A DNA stretch of 63,285 nt, the filler included, from Octopus bimaculoides (taxonomy: Eukaryota), in assembly GCF_001194135.2 (NCBI RefSeq). It is 5 parts of 3 records of this genome, joined end to end, with 100 filler letters (N's around TTAATTAATTAA, not from the genome) between each part and the next. Parts side by side here need not be neighbours in the genome. Positions count along the whole stretch, not along the records: positions 48,381 to 61,524 come from NC_068987.1; positions 61,625 to 63,285 come from NW_026318848.1; 3 more parts are not named here. One strand, 5' to 3'. The position numbers were made by a program, and so were the translations under genes. Below are positions 54,086 to 63,285 of the stretch, piece by piece. The notes beneath the pieces are model-generated. The model saw only the letters and a list, made by a program, of their open reading frames with translations, was not told where the DNA came from and made no database searches. Each line of letters starts with the position of its first letter. The stretch's first letter is position 1.

Positions 54086-54297
54086 TTAATTCTTGTATTC
54101 TTATTCGAATACCCGGAAAACGTTGTCATGTACTGGGAAATATAAAAAGAACTTTTTTTTCAGTTTATCGTACGTAGATACGAAAAAGTTAACAACTTTC
54201 CGCCTCAATAAATCGCTATTGTCCTCGAAAATTATTTTTTATATTTACGATGGATTGCTTGAAGCTAACTTTCATCCTAGACCTCGATCCTTGGATC

Positions 54298-54393
<96 letters not shown>

Positions 54394-56799
54394 GTGTGTA
54401 TGTGTGTGTATGTGTGTGTCTACAGAGAGAGAGAGAGAGACGCACACGAGTACTGAGGTCAATTTTCTCTACTGAAGCTATTCGAGTCGGTACTCTATCA
54501 TGTCTGTAGTCCCTGAGTGAAAAAAGTAGTAGAAAAGATGAAGGGAGAGATATGCACATATCTACACATGCTTGATTCATATATATTTGAATGCTAACAA
54601 TCAAATATAAAACTAATTAGAAGCCAATCAAGTTGTTAGTTCTTATGCCTCTACCGGTTCAACCTAAAATATCATGTCATGGCACCCAGAATACAATGAA
54701 TATAATTGTTGGCCTTCTTTTGCTAATGTTTTCCAGAAACAAAAAAAAAAAAACATGTTGAACAGAAGTAAAAAGACAAAAATCAATGATAAGCCGCTGA
54801 AAAATGAAGACCAATCTTATTTTCAATACGGCTGCTTATCAATATAGTAAATGAAGGAGAACATATAATGCCGTTGAATTCTTTTGCGTGATTTGCTCAA
54901 TGCGATTACGAAAAAGTAGTTGTAGTGTAAATTGGCTGCGATACACTTTATAATTTTGCACAGAAAAGACATTAAGCCTGCCTCACGTTTTACTACATAA
55001 AGTTTAAGCATGTACATCGGACAATACAGGATGAATTCAAATTTTATAATTTATTGCTTTTACAAAAGAAACGCTAGTCCTAAAATCAAATCATCCTGTT
55101 TTCATTTCTTTCATTGCTTTCTTTACAATATCTTATAGCCTACAAAATTAACAGTATCACATTCATTAAGAAAAATATTAATTTTTGCTTTTTATTTTTT
55201 GGCGGGCGGTTAAATCGAAATAAATTATTATTACAACGGTAATTTTGAATTATTGAGAATATAATTAAATGCTTTACAAAGTTGTTTTCTTTATACTAAA
55301 TATGTGTAACGCCTACACCTCTGGTAATAATTTTCTTTCTTAAAAAAGAAAGGAAATATAATTTATTTTTATTTGGACTGTTACACAGAAAATCTTTGTT
55401 AGTGGATTAAAATAGTTGGAAATTCAGACACGACCTTAATGTATTTGTCATATCGTCAGTGGAATATATTGGAAAATCAATGCAGGTGACTCAGTAACAC
55501 ACACGTATATGCGCTCAAATATACTTATATACATATATGTAATGTGTATGTGTATGTATGTGTAAACAAACGTAGGTCTATAGATTGGCAAATACTATAA
55601 AACGCCAACCAAAATCATTTTCAGTGTATAGTTATTTCACTTTCCCGAATGAGTTAAAGTTCTACAAAGGGTAACCTTGCAAATGTGATAAAATAATTTC
55701 CCATCATCTGCTAGTAGAATTAATCTATCAGCGATTTAAATACCACCATCGCCCGTTCCATAGGCTCATTTAATGGAGTCCACGGATTCGAAATTTTCTG
55801 GTTCATGTCACTGGAGAAACGAAACGTTGATCACATCTCATCTCCACCCCTTCCGCTTACTAACACCATCACAACTCTTCCAGTCGCAGTCTATTCTTCG
55901 GTGATTATCCGATGTTCAACTGAATGCTAAACATACGTTTACTGGTTCGTTTGCATTTGCTAATACAAGTAAGCTATGCGTGTATGTGTGTGCGTGTGTG
56001 TGTACGGATGTATGTACGCATGTATGTGTGTATGTATGTATGCATGTATGTATGTATGTATGTGTGTATATGTATGTGTGTGTATGTATGTATGTATGTA
56101 TGTATGCATGTATGCATGCATATGTATATGTTATTATATATATTAACTTGACAAATCGAGTATTTCTGTTTAATCCACACAATGACTTACAATGTACATG
56201 ATTCTAATATAAAAGACTATCCAGCTGGAGTATCTTCAGATCGTCTTTGGCGCTGTGATTCTCTTCCTTCTCATTTAAACATGGCATTGAATATAATATA
56301 TGCAATATCATTTATTCACAATGGAAAATTATATGAACTCATATATTTCACAGAACACCAATATGTCGTTCATTAGTTGAAATTGTCAGATATGATATAG
56401 ACATAACTTGATATAGTGACAACCTTTGCAAGCCTCAGTTCTATTCTAGAAAATGCCTGGTGTGTTATACATATTTTTATGACCACAAAATTGAAGAATT
56501 CAATGTTTATACAATTTATATTACAACGAAGAATCAGTGTGCCTAATAAAATTTATTTATATTGAATCTGAAGTAATCCTGCTTGTAACGATAGTATCTC
56601 GTATGCTTCTCGTTTTTATTCTTTTATTGGTTTCAGTCACTGAGCTGAAACACGTTCGGACACCACTGTGATTTAATTTCATCATCGTAAATGATTTCTG
56701 CAATAAGCATTTCCTCGTTCTATTAATATAGTATATGCAAAACGGACAATTATAAATTAAAATAATTTATCAGAACTTTATAAACACTGCTCTACAACC

Positions 56800-56893
56800 A
56801 ACTCACCTGAAGACAGCTATTTTTGGAACAATAATATGTGCATAATTTGCCAATTACATGCTGATACTGTTGTGCCGAAACAATTGTAGTGTT
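56800..56893 (+). ncRNA. Degenerate type I hammerhead with a long stem II
   Basis: cac-CTGAAGA-c-agc...gcc-GAAAC-AATT-GTA-gtg. The core is intact and loop III is palindromic, but the base of stem II is mismatched. Confidence 0.5.
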
Positions 56894-57318
56894 CTGAAAT
56901 AAACACTGATTATTTCATTTTCTCTTATAAAAGTTCTTTTGCATAGACTGCGGATATTCACGGATTTCCACATCCATAGCCAGTAGAAGAAGTTCTACAG
57001 TATGATAGCAATGTGGTAGCCGATACCCATAGATGAGCAAGCTGCAAGATTATTACCCAAATAATATTATATANNNNNNNNNNNNNNNNNNNNNNNNNNN
57101 NNNNNNNNNNNNNNNNNNNNNNNNNNNNNNNNNNNNNNNNNNNNNNNNNNNNNNNNNNNNNNNNNNNNNNNNNNNNNNNNNNNNNNNNNNNNNNNNNNNN
57201 NNNNNNNNNNNNNNNNNNNNNNNNNNNNNNNNNNNNNNNNNNNNNNNNNNNNNNNNNNNNNNNNNNNNNNNNNNNNNNNNNNNNNNNNNNNNNNNNNNNN
57301 NNNNNNNNNNNNNNNNNN

Positions 57319-58195
57319 GATAGATATATCAAGAAGTACTGTCTCGAAAGTATTGACAGCCTTTGAGAAACAGGGAAAAACCTCCTCGTCGAAACAAAAG
57401 TCTGGAAGAAAACCAAGACTTTCAGATAGGGACCGCCGGACTCTTACGCGAATTGTTAGAAAGAATCGCAAAAGTACAGCTCATAAAATTACTGCAGAGT
57501 TTAATGACCACCTCGAGAATCCAGTTTCCACAAAAACTGTTCACCGGGAGCTGCACAAACTTGGATTTCACGGAGGGCTGCAATCAGAAAACCACTACTT
57601 TCAAAAACAAATGTTGCAAAGCGTATTGAGTGCAGTAAAGACCTACAGAATTGGTCCCTAAAGCAGTGGACGAATGTTATTTTCTCGGACGCGTCATTCT
57701 TTACCTTATTTACAACCACCGGCCGAGTATACGTGTGGACACAGCCAAAAGAAGCATTTGACCCAGCCTGCCTTCTTCCAACTGTTAAACATGGGGGAAG
57801 ATCTGTGACGATCTGAGGGGCTATATCTTGGAAATTCTTAGGCCCAATGGTTTCCTTTCATGGCAGACTTAATAGTCAAGACTATTTAAGCATTTTATCT
57901 GATCAAATTCATCCGGATCTCTTTCCGGAGGGAAACGCAATCTTTCAGGGTACCCACAATGCGCAGATTTCAATATTATTGAAAATTTATGGTGCATTTT
58001 AGGAAAACAAGTAAGGGGTCGATATCCTCCTCCATGATCACTAAAAGAACTGAAGAATGGACAAAAGTTCCTTTTGAAACAATTCCATAGCTAGTAGACA
58101 TCAAGCTGTAATTACTGCCAAAGGCAGTCCTACTCCATATTAAAATTAATTTGTTTGAAATTTTAAGACGTTTGCATTATTTTTTCCAGCCTCTG
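57319..58195 (+). mobile_element. Tc1-family transposon (DD34E type), decayed; 5' end lost in the gap
   Basis: KSGRKPRLSDRDRRTLTRIVRKNRK..VSTKTVHRELHKLGFHG, WTNVIFSDASFF and PTVKHGGRSVTI*G; ends ..ccagcctctg|TA. Confidence 0.92.
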
Positions 58196-58274
58196 TATAT
58201 ATATGTGTGAGTGTTTGTCTGTGTATTTATATGTATGTATGTTTATAAATATGTGTATGTATGTATGTGTGTGT

Positions 58275-58367
<93 letters not shown>

Positions 58368-58409
58368 GAATAAATGGAGCAAACGCATATAATAATTAAG
58401 TTCTTTTAC

Positions 58410-58495
58410 TTCCGACACATGTTTCGAAAATTACATGCACTCTATTCGAAAGGTATAAAAGATGTTTTTACAAATGTAATTTTCTCTTCAGGGAA
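58410..58495 (-). ncRNA. Intact type I hammerhead ribozyme with a GUC cleavage triplet
   Basis: Minus strand: ttcc-CTGAAGA-gaaaattacat[37 nt]atgtaattttc-GAAAC-ATGT-GTC^ggaa. Perfect 11-bp stem II, 4-bp stem I and full core. Confidence 0.85.
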
Positions 58496-58636
58496 CCATC
58501 CTTCGAATGCAAGACCTATACCGAATGTAAAAATTACGTATTTCGATGAACGCTACATAGCTAAGTTTTCAAAAACCGTTAGATGTTAGAACGCTAGGTT
58601 ACAGGACGTAGTATTAGGAAGAAAGTGATGAATGCT

Positions 58637-60480
58637 ACAATTGGAGTTTAAATAAGATAGAAGCCATAATAAACCACAAAATATTCCCAAATACTAAATT
58701 AAGGGTTTGATAAATCACGTATGTATGTGGAATGAAAAAGGGACATAATCCAGTGAATTTGCATTTAGACTGTACGTTTATGTTTGTAAATTCTCGTACA
58801 TAACGTATAGCAATAAAGTTGCTTATAATGTGAATTGTTAATATGGGTAATTTGAAGAGTGTATCAAATTAATAACAGTAACTAACCTAAGTAAATAACA
58901 ATACATATTATTATAAAGAAATAAAAGATTAAATTACGTGAAGAAATGGATTATATATATATAGTTTCAGGGAATTTTGGATTTTATCCCTAATATTATT
59001 NNNNNNNNNNNNNNNNNNNNNNNNNNNNNNNNNNNNNNNNNNNNNNNNNNNNNNNNNNNNNNNNNNNNNNNNNNNNNNNNNNNNNNNNNNNNNNNNNNNN
59101 NNNNNNNNNNNNNNNNNNNNNNNNNNNNNNNNNNNNNNNNNNNNNNNNNNNNNNNNNNNNNNNNNNNNNNNNNNNNNNNNNNNNNNNNNNNNNNNNNNNN
59201 NNNNNNNNNNNNNNNNNNNNNNNNNNNNNNNNNNNNNNNNNNNNNNNNNNNNNNNNNNNNNNNNNNNNNNNNNNNNNNNNNNNNNNNNNNNNNNNNNNNN
59301 NNNNNNNNNNNNNNNNNNNNNNNNNNNNNNNNNNNNNNNNNNNNNNNNNNNNNNNNNNNNNNNNNNNNNNNNNNNNNNNNNNNNNNNNNNNNNNNNNNNN
59401 NNNNNNNNNNNNNNNNNNNNNNNNNNNNNNNNNNNNNNNNNNNNNNNNNNNNNNNNNNNNNNNNNNNNNNNNNNNNNNNNNNNNNNNNNNNNNNNNNNNN
59501 NNNNNNNNNNNNNNNNNNNNNNNNNNNNNNNNNNNNNNNNNNNNNNNNNNNNNNNNNNNNNNNNNNNNNNNNNNNNNNNNNNNNNNNNNNNNNNNNNNNN
59601 NNNNNNNNNNNNNNNNNNNNNNNNNNNNNNNNNNNNNNNNNNNNNNNNNNNNNNNNNNNNNNNNNNNNNNNNNNNNNNNNNNNNNNNNNNNNNNNNNNNN
59701 NNNNNNNNNNNNNNNNNNNNNNNNNNNNNNNNNNNNNNNNNNNNNNNNNNNTATAAATATATAAAAAGATAAAGAGAGCAATGGTAAAGTTGGAAATGTA
59801 TTTTATGGATAGAGCCTTACAGCTGTTTCTGGATTTCATAATTACTAAGGACGAAATTAATCCTCAAATTGACTATATATATATATAGTCAATTTGAGGA
59901 TTAATTTCGTCCTTAGTAATTATGAAATCTAGAGATCAATTGATGTTATTGATGATATATTGAGAGAATGTTCACAATATATAGGGATAAATATTCTAAG
60001 AAAAAATATGTTAGTCGATACGTATTTTATTTGTTTCACGATAAAAATATAGCAAAACATCAAAATACAAAGAAAATTGGAGTTTAAATAAGATAGAATC
60101 CATAATAAACCACAAAATATTCCCAAATAATAAATTAAGTGTTTGATAAATCACGTATGTATGTGGAATGAAAAAGGGACATGATCCAGTGAATTTGCAT
60201 TTAGACTGTATGTTTATGTTTGTAAATCCTCGTACATAACGTATAGCAATAAAGTTGCTTATAATGTGAATTGTTAATATGGGTAATTTGAATANNNNNN
60301 NNNNATTAATTTCGTCCTTAGTAATTATGAAATCTAGAGATCAATTGATGTTATTGATGATATATTGAGAGAATGTTCACAATATATAGGGATAAATATT
60401 CTAAGAAAAAATATATTAGTCGATACGTATTTTATTTTTATCACGATAAAAATATAGCAAAACATCTAATACAAAGAAAA
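58637..60480. repeat. Local ~400-bp AT-rich repeat unit in partial copies
   Basis: About 58637-58856 matches about 60075-60293, and about 59900-60070 matches about 60306-60475. Confidence 0.85.
59829..59932. repeat. 104-bp palindrome centred on (TA)7
   Basis: The 45-bp arms 59829-59873 and 59888-59932 differ by one base. Confidence 0.95.
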
Positions 60481-61159
60481 TTAAATGAAACATAAATTAA
60501 TAGAAAAAAAGCAGAAAAATGGACTATACATGTTTCAATCTGTTCATTAGTTGAACAGTGTTAAATATCCACAGGATTCGAAACATGTTAAGCGTTCTAG
60601 ATTTAAAAGACCTACCAGATGTCATCAGGGATGTATTGTACAAAAGGCTAATGCCTACATATCTTTTCAAAGGAATTCAATTTGGTGGTAAAAACATACT
60701 GAATAAGATAGACGAGGACGGCATTTTCATAGATCCAAGTAATGTAAGCATTAAGTTGTTAGAAAAAAATATCAAGGGGGTAGTAAGGGGAGGCATTAGC
60801 TAATCAGATCATGCTAAAAGAGTATGATGGATTTGAAAAGTAGACAGTTATAGGTACTGAGGGACATTATGTAATCATTTAAAAAGAATATAGGCAGTTA
60901 GGGGTTGTGCGGGACATTATGTAATTAGGGTCAGATATTTTGAAGACGTTAATTAGAAATAATGAATTAAAGAGAAGAAGAGTGAGAGGTAAGAAATTAA
61001 AAAAATAGGAATTTTGAATGGTTCATGCATAAAGAGATTTGTATCTTTACTGGTTAATATAAATAAGAGATGGAGGGTATATATGTTAAATAAAATATTA
61101 AGATACTAATTCTATATTCGATTTAGGAGATAAATTTATCGTTACTTATACTAGAGAAA

Positions 61160-61192
<33 letters not shown>

Positions 61193-61196
<4 letters not shown>

Positions 61197-61524
61197 TAGT
61201 TTTATTTTTATAACGTGCTTTCACTTCACTACCGACCGCAGCTCTGTGCGCCTTGGGTATGTGCTGTGGTTTGCTGTGGTGCTCTTATGTTTACTGTATT
61301 GAAAGTGTTTTGCGTAGAATGTGTGCAGTGCCCAGTAGTGCAATTTTCTGTATGTTATATATATTTGTAAGTCCTGGTGTTTTTGTTATGTATTTGTCTG
61401 AATATTTTTTTATTATACCTAAGGCACCTACTATGATAGGAATTGTTTCTGTTTTTAGATTCCACATTCGAGTTATCTCTATTTCCAGGTCTTTGTATTT
61501 TGAAAGTTTTTCCATTTCTTTTAG
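61193..61524 (-). mobile_element. R4/Dong-like LINE 3' end with (TAA)n tail
   Basis: Intact ORF end MEKLSKYKDLEIEITRMWNLKTETIPIIVGALG..LLGTAHILRKTLSIQ*; tail at 61164-61192. Confidence 0.9.
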
Positions 61525-61624
61525 NNNNNNNNNNNNNNNNNNNNNNNNNNNNNNNNNNNNNNNNNNNNTTAATTAATTAANNNNNNNNNNNNNNNNNNNN
61601 NNNNNNNNNNNNNNNNNNNNNNNN

Positions 61625-63285
61625 TACAAATGAACCAACGTACGAACGAACGTACGTATGAACGAATTAACGAAAGGACGTACGTACGAACGAGCGAACG
61701 TACGTACGTATTAGGTAGGCAGGAAATATCGAAAGAACGTACGTACGTACGAACGAAGAATTGAACTAACGAACGTACGTAAGTACGATCGAACGAACGT
61801 ATGAACGAACGTACTTACGAACCAACGTACGTACGTATTACGTAGGCAGGAATTAACGAAAGATCGTACGTACGTACGTATGGACGATCGAACGAACGTA
61901 CGTTCGTATGTACGAACGAATGAAAGAACGAACGTACGTACGTATTACGTAGGCAGGAAATAACGAAAGAACGTACGTAATTACAATCGAACGAACGTAC
62001 GAACGAACGTACATATATACGAACATACATATTTACGTACGTACGTACGAACGATTGAAGGTACGAACGATTGAAGGTACGAACGTACGTACGCAGGAAG
62101 GAAATGACGAAATAACGTACGTGCGAACGAAGGAACTTACTTACGTACGTATGAACGATCGAAGGAACGTACGTACGTATATACGAACGAATGAATACGA
62201 ACGTACGAATATAAGTACAAACGAACGTACATATATAAGTACCTACGTACGAACGATTGAAGGAACAAACGTAGGTACGCAAGTAAGAACAAACTAAAGA
62301 ACGTAAGTACGTACGAACGAACTTACGTACGTACGTCGGCAAGAAGGAACGAATGAACGAACGAACGAACAAACGTACGAACATACGTACGAACGAACGT
62401 ACTTACGAACCAACGTACGTATTACGTAGGCAGGAATTAAAGAAATATCGTACGTACGAACGAAGAAACGCATGAACTTATGTACGTACGTAAGTAAGAA
62501 CGAACGAACGTACGTACGTATTACGTAGGCAGGAAAAAACGAAAGAACGTACGTATGAACGAAACAGCGTACGAACGAACGAACGTACGTATGAACGAAT
62601 TAACGAACGTACCTACGTACGAACGAACTTACGTACGTACGTACGTTTGAACGATCGAACGAACGTACGTACGTATGTACGAACGAATGAAAGAACGAAC
62701 GTACGTACATATTACGTAGGCAGGAAATAACGAAAGAACGTACGTACGTACGTACGAACGAAGAATTGAACTAACGTACGTACGTAAGTACGAACTAACG
62801 TACGTACGTATTACGTAGGCAGGAAATAACGCAAGAACGTACGAATAAACGAAACAGCATACGAACCAACGAACGTACGTATGAACGAATTAACGAACGT
62901 ACCTACGTACGAACGAACTTACTACGTACGTACGTATGAACGATCGAACGAACGTACGTACGTATTACGTAGACAGGAATTAACAAAATATCGTACGTAC
63001 GAACGAAGAGACGAACTTACGTACGTACGTAAGTAAGAACGAACGAACGTACATACGTATAACGTAGGCAGGAAATAACGAAAGAACGTACGTACGAACG
63101 AAACAACGTACGAACGAATCAACATACGTATGAACGAATTAACGAACGTACGTACATACGAACGAACTTACGTGCGTACGTACGTACGAACGACCGAACG
63201 AACATACGTTCGTATGTACGAACGAATGAAAGAACGAACGTACGCACGTATTAGGTAGGCAGGAAATAACGAAAGAACGTACGTA
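61625..63285. repeat. CpG-rich complex satellite of (TACG/AACG)n with a recurring tattacgtaggcaggaa(a/t)taacgaa landmark
   Basis: The landmark recurs about 10 times at roughly 100-330 bp spacing and runs off the window end. Confidence 0.92.

Noticed and set aside
60558-60803. 81-aa ORF with natural-looking composition
   Set aside because: No recognisable motif or splice context; it may be a TE remnant and cannot be assigned without a search.
61625-63285. CRISPR-like repeat/spacer appearance of the terminal satellite
   Set aside because: The context is eukaryotic, the 'spacers' are low-complexity and similar to each other, and there are no cas genes.

Overview
AT-rich, microsatellite- and transposon-dense eukaryotic DNA with many N gaps. 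The SINE families and repeat content point to an octopus (cephalopod) draft assembly; this is inference, not a database result. No complete protein-coding gene is visible, only a few candidate spliced exons (minus-strand 6116-6167 and 1819-1901) and a CCAAT/TATA promoter candidate near 19.2 kb. Most recognisable content is decayed mobile DNA: two tRNA-derived SINE families, RTE, CR1-like and R4/Dong-like LINE fragments, Tc1/mariner and hAT elements, and Penelope-like elements (PLEs). The most striking signal is a set of type I hammerhead ribozymes of the PLE/retrozyme kind. Two look intact and have unusually long stem II helices (31728-31856 on +, 58410-58495 on -), and about four more are decayed. 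Several lie in inverted repeats or a palindrome with no ORF nearby. Four 100-bp 'N44-TTAATTAATTAA-N44' spacers are assembly joins, so contiguity across them is not guaranteed.
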